A stretch of DNA of 64,000 nt, taken from NCBI RefSeq assembly GCF_006345805.1, contig NC_043008.1:23002001-23066000 (forward strand). Direction: 5' to 3'. Every line of letters begins with the position of its first letter. Position 1 is the stretch's first letter. Positions 39,339-52,114 of the stretch are shown one piece after another. The notes under the pieces were generated by a model. It saw nothing but the letters and a program-made list of their open reading frames with translations. It searched no databases and was not told where the DNA came from. The position numbers and the translations under genes were made by a program. The stretch is from Octopus sinensis. Taxonomy: Eukaryota.

Positions 39339-39731
39339 TCTTTATATATAAAAGTGAGGTTGTGTGCTGTCTGTCTCCTACGATTTAGATTCCTAACTAC
39401 TCCCACAATTTGCGGTGCAGTTTAACCAAAACCGGGTATCTTATAGTCGTGATTCATATCGAGCCCTTCTGGGTATTAGCGCGCGTCTACGATGAGTCTA
39501 CGATTTAAAAAAAATTTACCATCAATTTTTCCCATTTTTAATGCATTTTTGGCATATATAAGGGAAGTAACTCTAAAAATTTATTATTAAATCTCAGAAC
39601 GTAAAAAGCTACAGTAACCCCCCCCCCCTTGTGGTTAGCCATATTGAGATGGCTATTATACTTTACATATCTAAAATGCTTATATAGTTATTTCCCTTAC
39701 AAACCCGAGCAACGCCGGGCGATACTGCTAG
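39339..39731 (+). mobile_element. Non-autonomous Helitron
   Basis: 5' TC after an A; subterminal hairpin CCCGAGCAACGCCGGG at 39704-39719; 3' CTAG followed by T. Confidence 0.85.
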
Positions 39732-40499
39732 TAATATATAAATATGAGCAGGATGCTTATATTGTTTGACAGAATTTGATATTTTCTATAAATTTTCTTT
39801 AGAAATGAAAAATGTTACGTATATTTACTTTTGTCAATCGTTTGGCAATAAATACATTAAGTCGCTTTTAAGCTCCCATTTAAACGGTTGTAAGTCATCT
39901 AGGTTAACCTATTTTTAATTTTCGGCGAGAATATAAAAAAAATCATTTAAAAACGAGAGATATCAACTGTGTCAAAAGACTGATCGTATAACAATACAAT
40001 ATTTTAACAGGTATAAAAGGACAATTATTTTCGTTTCTTGCACGAATTTTAAATAACGTGAGTCAATACCTTGAGCTTTATAATTAGAGTTATGTATCAA
40101 TAGATATTGATATTTTCCTACATAATTTTCTACTTGGTGCCAACAGGTTGATGAATTAAAACAATTATAGATATAACGTGTTTTGCCCAGAAAGAACAGC
40201 ATCATGTTTGAAAGATCCACGAAGAGATAGTGTAATATATTATCTGATTCGCCATCTTGGCTCTACATAACAACGGAGACATCTAGATCTGCAGGAGAAT
40301 GCACCATTACAAAGCTACGGTTCTACTATTTCAGTTTAATTTCTGCTAATTTGAATAAAACGCAGCTACGCAACTAACATTGATTTAAATATGCATACAT
40401 ACAAGCTCATACATTCATGCATACATCCGTAGGTGTGTGTGTGTGTGTGTGTGTGCGCGTGCGTTAAGTGTCTTTATTTGTGATTTTTGTCAACAAATG

Positions 40500-41615
40500 A
40501 CAAGCTTGTTTACTGAACTCTAGAATGACAAAAGTGCTTCATATTATTACAAAACAAAACAGACTTAGAGTTTCATATTTTTATACTGTATGTTCTAATC
40601 CTATCAGGCTACCTTTCATTTTACTGTTTAAATTTTGCAAAAAGAATAAAATAAAAATTGATTGCGATGCCATACCGATTTTACCAGTTGTACTTATTCT
40701 CAACTAATCTGCAATTCCATGTTAAAGTTACGAAAAAAAAAATCATTAAAAACAAAGCAATAAAAGAAAAAATGGAAATACACCAAAAATATATTCAAGA
40801 AAATTCCATTTATAAATATACTGTTTACGGTGTTTCGGAAATGAAATAAAATGAGTTTATGTGCAATGAACTGAAGGAAGCAAAGACGTTTGTAAGTGCT
40901 TTCTTGTTAGAGACAGTCACAATGCGAAACGTCATTATTCTCTTCTCACGACAAACGAATTTATTCTGTTCCATTTCGTAAACATTCATTGAATTGATTT
41001 CTACCAAAAATAGACGGCCATTATTTTATTTAAATTCTAATATTTCACTATGTTGTAAATATATCCATCCAACAACTTATATAGGAAAGATCCATAGAGT
41101 AAAGATATCAGTTTATCCACTTTTATCTTCACCTTTTTATCAACTGTCTGACACTTATCGATTGATCTTTAGATCGATTGAAGTATGAAACAATCTTCAC
41201 AGGATCTTTATCTAACAGCAGCTATAGCCATCTTTATTTCTCAGCAATCTGTCCGGTGTTTTACTGCTGGGTTTTCCTCGCCTACAAACAATAAACTATT
41301 TTGTTAGATCAATTGGATCTTAACACAACCTAGAGATGGCTTCAGTCGATAGCAATAAAGAACTTTATCTCTAAGCAGTCTGTAGAGTCTTTTACTGCTA
41401 CGAATTTCTTCGATGCTCAATTTGGCACATGATTTGCATCAAGTTTGACAAGGACTGGAAAAAAAGTGTAAATTATTATGAAAGATTTTGGTATTATTTA
41501 CAGAAGAGCATGAATAAAAGTGTGATTAAATAGAGAATGTGTTATATGAATGTTATATATGACTCCAGTGCTGACTTTATTATTGTTGTTTAGTATCGAA
41601 ACTATACTGGCCAAA
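40500..41615. repeat. Inverted duplicate of 9025-10060
   Basis: Reverse-complement match to 9025-10060. Confidence 0.9.
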
Positions 41616-41693
41616 CGGACATACGATCAAGATGACCATCCTCTCATTTTGGAGTGTCTAGGACTACATTAGTCCATGTATCATTCATATTTT

Positions 41694-42136
41694 GGATCTT
41701 TTCAGTTTGAACGGCAGTTTTTAACATAATTTCTAGGTAACTAAAAAATTTTAAACTTTGTATACTGGTAGAATGTGTTTATAAAACATCTTTTTCCCTT
41801 GGCTTTATTGAGAAAATTCTATAGTTTGTAAGATATTTGTTGTTTTTTTTACTTTAATTTCTGCAATTTCAACCAATCAGTGACGTCTATTGAGGTAAAA
41901 AACATTCTGTGCCGTATGAATATGTCCCTCGTTTAAGAAACAGATTGGGTTTATTTACATTTGTGAAGAAAAAAAGATACCCTTCCCCCCACCCTAACCC
42001 TAACCCTAACATTAACTAACCCTAACTAACCCTAAAACAGATTGAAATGCAATAGATCGATACTAGGGTCATAATTATGGGTGACAATTTCATATGACAC
42101 CGCTAGAAAAAACTGCCTTTCAAACCGAAAATATCC
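41694..42136. mobile_element. Merlin-like MITE with CCCTAA repeats
   Basis: GGATC...ATATCC termini; perfect 8-bp TSD CATATTTT at 41686-41693 and 42137-42144. Confidence 0.85.
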
Positions 42137-42729
42137 CATATTTTAAAACTGTAGGATATGGTTCGAGGGAAATTGGTTTTTATTTCTTGTATTTAGAAAG
42201 AATACATAGAAGCTCTAATCAGCGCGGTCGAGGGACAAATTTGTTGTTTATAGAACAATAAAAGTATGTACAATACCAACATCTTCCTTCACCAGCACCT
42301 ACAGCACCAACAACACAATTACAACCAACGCCACCACGGACAACATAATACTGCAAATACCACGTGATACACAAACACAACCGAATCTACACTCAAATCA
42401 ACAACAAAGACAACAGCTGCAAAGGAACATCATTTGCTTCATACTCAAATATGGCAAAGAGTTAGACCTAGTGCTAAGCAATACTTGGTTCATGCAAAAG
42501 AATAAAAATAAGGTTACTTTGAAGCATCCATGTCTAAGTCACTGGCACATTCTCAATAATGTAATTGTCCTTAGAAAAAAAACTATCAGGTGTAAAATCC
42601 GACCGGCGCATGCGGAGATGGGGGAATGATGGACGCAAAATAGGCTCCTGCGTGGCTACTTGGAGATCACTGTTCGTACAAAAACCCTTAAGCTGGTTTT
42701 TATCTCTAAATTAAATTGCCCTGAAACGT

Positions 42730-43050
42730 TTGGACATTACCAAGAAGCAGTTCAAGCGATAGATACAAACAATTTAGAATTAACCTGGCATATACATCAA
42801 TGCATAAATATTATACACAATGTCTACATCACATCAACAAATACCATTCCAACACATACAAATTCTAAAACTAAATTACAAACTAAGAACCTATTACCCC
42901 GACAAGGTGGCAGATTTCTGAAGGACAATAAATAAAAGGATATATACAAAGTAATGCCATTTTGTTTAGAATAAGTATCATTACCGACACAGGAACATGT
43001 ATCATACATCAAAATGATGCTGGTCCTCTGTGGATCACATCCCTACTTCT
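42730..43050 (+). pseudogene. Possible LINE ORF2 C-terminal remnant
   Basis: LTWHIHQCINIIHNVYITSTNTIPTHTN resembles the ..YD.LPTP.NL segment preceding the CCHC motif of RLE LINEs; weak. Confidence 0.4.
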
Positions 43051-44092
43051 CAACATAGTCACCGTTTCTCTCAATAGCAATTTCTGCCTTCGAATGAGAG
43101 TATGTATCCCTGCCCCGTAAAATTCTGTTGACTGTTCTTGGAGCCACATTCTGTTTGGGTGGTCATTGCTGGTGAGGGTTTTACGAGGTCGGAGGGGAAA
43201 TTCTATTTGCAGCTCTTTCAGTAGCCTTTTACATCACGTAGAGGAAATGTTGAGCCAATTATTGGGCATGCCGGTCCCCATGTCGGAATAGGATATATCG
43301 AAATGTGTGCTTGGTCTCTATAACTGCAGTCAAAGTAATAAAAACGGCCACACCTCAGATCTTAGGCAGACCAGACACCCACACTTCCAACCATGACCAT
43401 AACTATGACCACGATCTTTTTAGGGCCATTTAGGACTTGGTCATAAAAAAAATGTACCCTGCTTGATCAAGACGATGAGGCTTGATTTCATAGAAATTTG
43501 GCTATTATTTCTAGCAAGCGAAGCAACATCGCAAAGGTACCTTGAATCGTATGTAAAAACAAGTGCTTTAGAGCCGTGAGCTCACGAGCCGTGTTTCGAC
43601 AGTTCGAAACCTCGATCTACCTCATCGACTCGCTGATTGATTGGGTGGAACCGATGTGTCTTCGATGTAAAACAACGGTTAGACAGTTGAGCAATAAAAT
43701 AATCTATAGCTGGAACCATGTGAAAACTTTTTCAATTCGATCGATCAGAGAGATCAATTGTTAGGTTTCAGACTGTTAATATACAGGCATTAAAATTGAT
43801 AAACATATGTCTCCACTCTCCATATCTACATTGATTTTATTGAGTTGTTAGATGTGCTTACAAACCTTCCTCTCCACCAGTCTACAGACACATACACACA
43901 CATACGAATACTGGCAGATGCATATACACACATGTGCTTACGTTTGCACACGCTTCTCCTCTCTCTGCTTCAGGCCTCACCGACGCATACTTCGTCGTGC
44001 CTGGAAGCTCGGACAAGCCGGCAATAAGTGGCAGTTGTTCTTCCACTCAAGCTGAAAGTCGGAAAGTTCCAACAGGAAATCCACCGACCATT

Positions 44093-44345
44093 CACCACCA
44101 CAACCACGACCACCACGACCACCACGACCACCACGACCACCACGACCACCACGACCACGACCACCACGACCACTACCACCACGACCACCACGATCACCAC
44201 CACCACGATCACGACGACGACGACCACCACCACGACCACCACGACCACCACGACGACCACGACCACGACCACGACCACGACGACCACGACGACCATGACC
44301 ACGACCGCCACCACAACGACCACGACCACCACCACTTACCACTTA
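44093..44345. repeat. Degenerate (CAC/GAC)n trinucleotide repeat
   Basis: Seen directly in the sequence. Confidence 0.9.
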
Positions 44346-45044
44346 CCACCACCACTTAACCCCTCCATTTTTGCCGCCGCCGCCGCCACCAACGCCATCG
44401 TCACCCCACCACCTTTAAACGAAAACTACAAAAACTCACACACACTCACACACACACACATCTATACACAAACCGCATAAAATAACCACAACCACAACAG
44501 AAAGAACGACATCAACAACAACATCAATAATAAATGACATCACAGTTTATAAGATGAAGGAAATAGGTTTTCTTTAATTTTGAAAACAAAAGACATTGAA
44601 AATTTGGATTTTTATTTCATTATCAGGGGTGGTGGCAGAAGAGTGTTTTGTCTTTCAAATATTTATTGCATTTAACAAAAAAAAAAAAAGAAAAAAAAAG
44701 AAAAAGAAAAAAGAAAACAGTTATTTATTAGTGATTTAATATGGTCTTTTCTTTAGAAGCAGGAAAAGGTGCTAAAAACGAAGTAGCACCGATTACCCTC
44801 TACGCCAGAATGATTAAAAAATCGCCACTTATATATCAAACAAAACGTATAACCACCTTTAGAAGGCATAATGCTTGTCTGATATAAAATCTTTTCATAG
44901 ACTTGTGTTAAAAACACTATACATACAAACAGTGTTCGGGTTAAATTTGACAGTTTGCATAAAAGGAAAAGAAAACAATATCCTATGCAAAAATAGTATT
45001 TTTAAAAGATCAAAAAATATTAACTAGATTATGACTGGGAGATA

Positions 45045-46612
45045 ATAGCTTGCTCAGAGTAGCTGCCGTCAGCTTCCACCTCGGTTTCAAAACGGTTCCA
45101 GGACCTGGTACTGTGTCTCTGAGAAGATCATCGAACACCTCTTTGATCTTGTCCACCAGCTCAACTGGTGTTTCTTTCAAACCGCGCTCCACACATAGTT
45201 ATCCATTGGATTATAATAGGGGGAATTAGGAGGCAAAAAATTGGGGTTAATAAAGTCATAGAAATTCTCCGGCAATTAAGGCAGCGAGCTGGCAGAAACG
45301 TTAGCACGCCAGAAGAAATGCTTAGCGATATTTCGTCTGCTGTTACGTTCTGAGTTCAAATTCCGCCGAGATCGAGTTTACCTTTCATCCTTTCGGGGTC
45401 GATAAATTAAGTACCAATTGCGCACTGGGGTCGATGTAATCGACTTAATCCGTTTGTCTGTCCTTGTTTGTCCTCTCTGTGTTTATCCCCTTGTGGGTAG
45501 TAAAGAAATAGGTATTTTGTCTGCTGCTACGTTCTGAGTTCAAATTCCGCCGAGGTCGACTTTACCTTTCATCCTTTCGGGGTCGATTAAATAAGTACCA
45601 GTTATGCACTGGGGTCGATATAATCGACTTAATCCGTTTGACTGTCCTTGTTTGTCGCCTCTGGGTTTAGCCCTTTGTGGGTAGTAAAGAAATAGATATT
45701 TCGTCTGCTGTCACATTCTGAGTTCAAACTTCGCCGAGGTCGTCTTTGCCTTTCATCCTTTCGGGGTCGATAAATTAAGTACCAATTGCGCACTGGGGTC
45801 GATGTAATCGACTTAATCCGTTTGTCTGTCCTTGTTTGTCCCCTCTGTGTTTAGCCCCTTGTGGGTAGTAAAGAAATAGGTATTTCATCTGCCGTTACGT
45901 TCTGAGTTTAAATTCCGCCGAGGTCGACTTTGCTTTTCATCCTTTCGGGGTCGATAAATTAAGTACCAATGACGCACTGGGGTCGATATAATCAGCTTAA
46001 TCCCTATGTCTGTCCTTGTTTGTCGTCTCTGTGTTTAGCCCCTTGTGGGCAATAAAGAAATAGGTATTTCATCTGCTGTTACATTCTGAGTTCAAATTTC
46101 GCCGAGGTCGTCTTTGCCTTTCAACCTTTCGGGGTCGATAAATTAAGTATCATTTACACATTGGGGTCGATGTAATCGACTTAATCCCTTTGTCTGTCCT
46201 TGTTTGTCCCCTCTGTTTTTAGCCCCTTGTGGGGGCTAAAAATAAAGAAATAAGAAATTCTCCGGCAACCACTTCTGGCTCTTTCTGGGGGTATGGCAAG
46301 GAGCCAAATCCTGCTGACACACATATGGCATCCCATCGACTACCGTCTCCAGCCAGGGTTTGACTTCAGTCTCCAGCAGCTTCACATAGCTGTCTGAATT
46401 GAGCCTAAGGCTCTGTTCAAAGTCGTGGGGATAAATTCTGTTGTGCAGACGCTGTCAGAACGCTCACTGTGTCCCTTTCTGCTGGCCACGTATTTGTAGT
46501 CTCTGTTGCAGTTGTCCATGTCATGCCTTACAACATTTACAATGTTCACAGAACACTGAGCAGCAGTAGTCATGATGACGGTATTTTGACACCCGGCAAG
46601 AATCATCATGCT
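45045..46612 (-). pseudogene. Internally deleted Tc1/mariner (DD37D, maT-like) transposase split by a SINE multimer
   Basis: RKGHSERSDSVCTTEF N-terminal piece; PYVCQQDLAPCHTPRKSQKWLPENF|YDFINPNFLPPNSPYYNPMDNYVW is continuous once the insert is removed, with 37 residues between the two Asp. Confidence 0.85.
45276..46252 (+). mobile_element. SINE family A pentamer
   Basis: Junctions at 45511, 45695, 45879, 46063; 16-bp TSD AGAAATTCTCCGGCAA. Confidence 0.95.
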
Positions 46613-47496
46613 ACCGGTAACTCTTTCTCAATATTCAGATGGCTTCCAATCCTCCATATCAGCTAACTTTTTCTGAACCACAACTTTAAGGCTCACTAAC
46701 GCCGTCGACTGTTCACTAATATACATGAAGCAGTTCCTAAAGAAAATAGGTGTAATAATCGATAAATTTCGCCCGAATATCCTGCATTTATATCAAAGGG
46801 AGACGAATATCGTTGCTGCTGTGACTCACGAGAATAGCAGACATATTTTGTCGCTGATAACGTTCGTCACCTGCTAAAACGAAACCGTGCTTTGATATAT
46901 AGGAAGCAATAAATAGAACATCCACAAGTTGGCGGAAGCTTTCTGAGCGGTAGAAACATTCAGTACACGAAATCGATACAGCATTGAATTAAAATCGCCC
47001 TCTGTCTATCATAAAAAACGTATACCCTTTGTTAGAAAGCGTAATGCTATCGAATTGTTTGAGATCAAATCTCTCCATAGACGTGGAGGGTTTAACTGTT
47101 CGTCTGTTGTTCTTGTTAGCTACTAGAACGATGATGTTCGCCTCGCTACGATGTATTGTGTGTTTTTAACACATTGAATGGTGTACATGATTTAAGTATG
47201 ATATACAGATGGCAATTTCAATTTTAGGCTGTTTCAGTTGTGTATATCGAATAAAAAATGATTGAAAACAATATCATGGAGTTAAACAAGGCAACCCGGC
47301 AACATGGTTTCGGATTTAGTCCCACTGTATAGTAACATGGGCAAGTGTCTTCTACTGTAGCTCCAGGTCGACCAAAGCCTTGTGAGTGCATCGGGTGAAC
47401 GATATATATATATATATATTTAAAATCAGTACTTGGAAAAGGAGAACGGAACGAAACGAACGAATCGAATCGACGCGAAGGCACTCAGTCATACAA

Positions 47497-47770
47497 AAGT
47501 GTAATAAATAAAATATATGCATACATACATACATATATGTACGTACCTACATCTGCATGTATATATACATGCATATATAAATATATATACGTGAGTACAG
47601 GACACCGCAAATAGACGTAGAACTCTTGTTTTTCCGTTTTCGTTTCTCGTTGAGTTCTACGTCTATTTGTGGTGTCCTGTACTCACGTATATATATTATA
47701 TATGCATGTATATATACATGTAGATGTAGGTACGTACATATGTATGTATGCATATATTTTATTTATTACA

Positions 47771-47773
<3 letters not shown>
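47497..47773. repeat. Fold-back inverted repeat, ~125-bp arms and 26-nt spacer
   Basis: Arms 47497-47625 and 47652-47773. Confidence 0.9.
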
Positions 47774-47820
<47 letters not shown>

Positions 47821-47907
47821 TAACAATAAAGGGTGAAATTAATTAATTTGGAATAATTATTAATTACACCAAGTAGATTTCGGCATAATTGCTTAGTATA
47901 TATATAT

Positions 47908-48047
<140 letters not shown>

Positions 48048-48689
48048 TATATAGCGGCGTACGTATACCCTTGTGCAGTAGGTATGTTTCTAAATTTTAT
48101 ACGACTCTTACTCTATCTTTTATTCCCCTCTCATTTTTCTTTCTTTTTATCGTTACCCCTCTCTCACATTTCTTGGCCACTATTTCCCACTCGATTGTCT
48201 CCCTTGTACCTTTCTCTTTGTCTCTAATTTTTTTTTAATCCTTCAATTTCGCTGCCCCCTACCCATCTCTCCTCCTTCCACGTAACCGGTGTTGGGCCAG
48301 CGTTGATCTTTCTTGGCCTGACTGCCGACTGCCAACACCTCTTATGTCCATCTCCTATGTTCCTGCTTTTAGGCTTTCACTTCAAACACGCCAGCTCAAT
48401 TTCCTTCGTTCTCAGTCGAAAGACACCTGTTGTTATTTCTTGTTGTTTGTATTCGTAATTGTGTATCATATTCTCGTTTTTTTTTTTTTTTTCTTTCTTT
48501 GTTGCCGTATATATTCGCTAGCTTTCTTACAAAAGAAGTCTAATTTAGCTTAGACTTTTGGGTGTGGGCGACAACCAGATCGAACCATCTCAAGTGTAAC
48601 TGCCCGAAATGATCGTGACTTCTGGAACTTGACTGAGGAAAGAAAGTCACGAATGACGCGTCTTTTCTTGCCTGTCCTTGTAATTGTTG

Positions 48690-48807
<118 letters not shown>

Positions 48808-48944
48808 CACACACACCATCAATTGTGAGTAACAGCTTTACTTTAGGGTTAGCACCAAGGAGGGTCCTGTGAATATCTGGCAAACCCCTCCCTAAAAAGA
48901 ATAGAAAATATCTACACGACCTTCTTAAATTTCGTGAGGACTTT

Positions 48945-49325
48945 ACTCATTTGTTTCATTAAGTTGCGGTCATGCTGGGGCACCGCGTTGGAGAATTTTT
49001 AGTCAAATGGATCGACTCCAGTACTTATTTTTTTTAAAGCTTGGTACTTATTCTATCGGTCTCTTTTGTCGAATTGGTAAGTTACAGGAACGTAAACACA
49101 CCAACACCGGTTAAGCGGTGATGGGGGACAAAGACGCACAAAGATATACACACACACAAGCATGCACATACCACGGGCTTCTTTCAGTTTTTGTCCATCA
49201 ATTTTCACTCACAAAGCTTTGCTCACCCTGAGGCTATAGTAGAAAACATTAGCCCAAGGTACCACGCAGTGGGACTGAACCCGAAACCATGTGGTTGGAA
49301 GCAAACTTCTTACCACACAGTCAAG
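48945..49325 (-). mobile_element. SINE family B
   Basis: Diverged reverse-complement copy. Confidence 0.8.
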
Positions 49326-49902
49326 CAATATCTTGTTCCACCTTGAAAATATTCCCCCGGAGCCCTTCTAACAACAATAATGTATTGTTTTGGGAAATAC
49401 TACGCTATGCTTAAAAGTACGATAAACAGAACAACAACGCTTAAAAAGATCCTGTATGATTGTTTTAATATTCTGTCGTCGATACAATATTCCAACGCAC
49501 ATATTAGAACTTCAAAAAAACAAAATTTTTTTTCTCTGACTGTCTATTTCGATGTGTTAGACAAACAAAAGGGAGATAACTAAGTAGTGTAATGTCAAAA
49601 CTGATAAGAAATCTATAGAAAGTTAGAAGGATTGAAAATGCGAGATAAAATATTATAAAAGCTGTCAAAATTTATAATAATCTGTCTCAGCATCTCATCT
49701 AAATACTGGTGGAAGATAGAGATCGCTTCCTTGGCAATTAATATCTCAAGAGAGACTTTATATTTTACACAAAGATTGAAAACACTTATAAGAAATTACA
49801 GTCATTACAACATACATACACCCTCTCACTCTTGCTCTCATTCTCTATATATATGTGTGCATATGTGTGTGTGTATATATATATACATATGTATATATAT
49901 AC

Positions 49903-49943
<41 letters not shown>

Positions 49944-49974
49944 AATATATATATGTACGCACACATATATATCT

Positions 49975-50029
<55 letters not shown>

Positions 50030-50072
50030 TATATATATATATATTATATATGTGTGTGTGTGTGTGTGTGTG

Positions 50073-50370
50073 TGGAGGCGCAATGGCCCAGTGGTTAGGG
50101 CAGCGGACTTGCGGTCGTAGGATCGCGGTTTCGATTCCCAGACCGGGCGTTGTGTGTGTTTATTGAGCGAAAACACCTTAAAGCTCCACGAGGCTCCGGC
50201 AGGGGGTGGTGATCCCTGCTGTACTCTTTCACCACTCTTTCTACCACTCTTTCTTCTGTTGGCCTGCTCGCTTAGCCAGCGGGGTGGCATCATTCGAAGG
50301 CTAAAACAATGCGAACGCATTGTGACCAGCGGTGCTCCAGCATGGCCGCTATAAAAATGACTGAAACAAA
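50073..50370 (+). mobile_element. SINE family C fused to a family-B 3' end
   Basis: Family-C sequence to GTGACCAGCG, then GGTGCTCCAGCATGGCCGC...ATGACTGAAAC. Confidence 0.75.
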
Positions 50371-50960
50371 GAAAAGAATGAAAGAATTGTCTGAAAGTAG
50401 TTTTCCAGAATCAACAATACTATCAGAATCAAAGAAGATGCTGAAAAGAGAATTGTTTGGATACATACTGAGGAATTTATAATAAACGAAATTGTGATGT
50501 CAAAAGTGTCACAGAATATTAGGAATTTGGTCATTGTTTGGCTGGAAATCAATTCTGTTCTTCACTTCTGGATGCTGATTTAACTTTCTAAAGTTTCAAA
50601 AATCCCAAGTAGAGCTACACGTAATTTTGATTCGCGCTGGGCTACTATTTTGAAGTTAAATAAAAGAAGTGATGGCTTATGCATGTAACACTAAGGATAC
50701 GTAAGTTGGTTAACAGGATGGCAAATACTACTCCGATACAAAGCTGCTTCTTGGCAAAAAATATGAGTGGTATGAAGCATAATCTTGAGTCGGTTATATC
50801 ATTACCAATGAATATAGGGCTGGAGTTTGGTTAGAATAAATGTTCCTACCCTATTGTACAACGAGGGAAAACCGTAGCCAGTAAAACCATATCCCAGTGG
50901 CTTGACTATTTCTCCGATATCCGAAGAATGCAGCAGGTATCTAATACCATCATAAGAAGG
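50370..50960 (+). pseudogene. Degenerate reverse-transcriptase remnant (R4/Dong-like)
   Basis: Frame with stops: FLAKNMSGMKHNLESVISLPMNIGLEFG*NKCSYPIVQRGKTV resembles LYAKN...DIGMEFG.DKC....RGK. Confidence 0.55.
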
Positions 50961-51012
50961 CGAAAATATATCCTTGTAACAGATAACATGTTATCAATGA
51001 ATATAAAAAAAT

Positions 51013-51358
51013 GGGTAAAGACTTCCTTCGGTCATGAATGACCATGGGATTGCACCTAGGAAGTTCCCCTCCAAGGCACAAGTCCGAGCAAGATTGTCTA
51101 TGGATGACCAGCAGTCTCTTATGCATACCAACCTGCCATCTCTAGGCCACTGATGTAATCCAAGGGAAAGACAAAGGTGCCCCGATACGGCTTGGCCCCC
51201 TGTGGCGTCGCAACTCATTTCTATAACTGAGTGAAGTGGAGCAACGTGAACTAAAGTGTCTTGCTCAAGAATACAACATACAGCCCGGTCCCCGGTACGG
51301 GAATCGAACTCGCTACCTCATGATTGTGAGCCCGACGCTCTAACCACTGAGTCATGCG
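51013..51358 (-). mobile_element. SINE family D (MetaSINE-like)
   Basis: Homologous to 15381-15714. Confidence 0.8.
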
Positions 51359-52114
51359 CTTTCTCAACCTGATAAAAATATGATCACTAGGGCTCTCTGT
51401 GTACAATAATTCAGTAACCTACTATATGCGTGTCGTAATAACACTCAAACCACACTTAGAATAAATGACCGGGCGCTTGATGTGATCCAGGTCACTGAAA
51501 TTAAAACCCGAAAACTATTAACTGCACCAGTATTTTCCTTATCAGTAGTGTTTATGAACCATCTTTATCCAAAGCGATCCAAGGTGGTGACGTTATAACG
51601 TCATTTCAAACTGCCTTTGAATTTTGTATTGCATCTCTTTGACAACTTCTATTAATCATTAAGCGTCGAAGTGCATCCTCAGATCAAGTCTGCAAATACG
51701 AGGTAAATGACATTATGGGACTTGGAAAGGAGCTCTCCGGAAATTTTTCCCTGACAGGGACACCCACTTAGAAAAGCTTCAATGTTCTACTAAAACAAGA
51801 TATTAGCTGAAAGGCGTTCTGCTTATCAGCAGAAATTCATGCGATGCCATATTACCAGAAAACTTCAAAGTGACACTTACATAGATAAGAGAAGCAGCTT
51901 TTCTCCGGTCGACAACCGATTTATTTACTCACTTTCAAGGGAATACATTTTTGCAATCCAAGAATAGGGAATAACGACGAAATACCCAATGTACAAAAGA
52001 AATAGGGTAAATATAAGATCTACATGTGACACTGACGTAATCACCGTCATAAGTATTGGCCGAAAATGTTATGACGAACCTGCCAGGCTATAAAGCATGA
52101 CGTCATGATAAAAC

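Noticed and set aside
41150-41520. Possible GPCR pseudogene (..FLRCSIWHMICIKFDK.., TM3-like)
   Set aside because: The resemblance needs several frameshifts and stops and lies in a duplicated repeat. An HMM or BLASTx search would be needed; not supportable by eye.
43934-44480. His/Asp-rich, poly-Thr and poly-Val ORFs
   Set aside because: Trinucleotide repeat open in many frames, with no splice or domain context.
46925-46990. Possible further tRNA remnant (CTGAGCGGTAGAAACATT)
   Set aside because: No B-box or stems; too degenerate to call.
50468-50525. HHR-like CTGAGGA...GAAA
   Set aside because: No helix I and an A-C mismatch at the base of helix II; it lies in an RT-like coding remnant.
52020-52112. 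CRE-like TGACGTCA/TGACGTAA and TATA-like CTATAAAG cluster
   Set aside because: Short motifs with no downstream gene; expected by chance.
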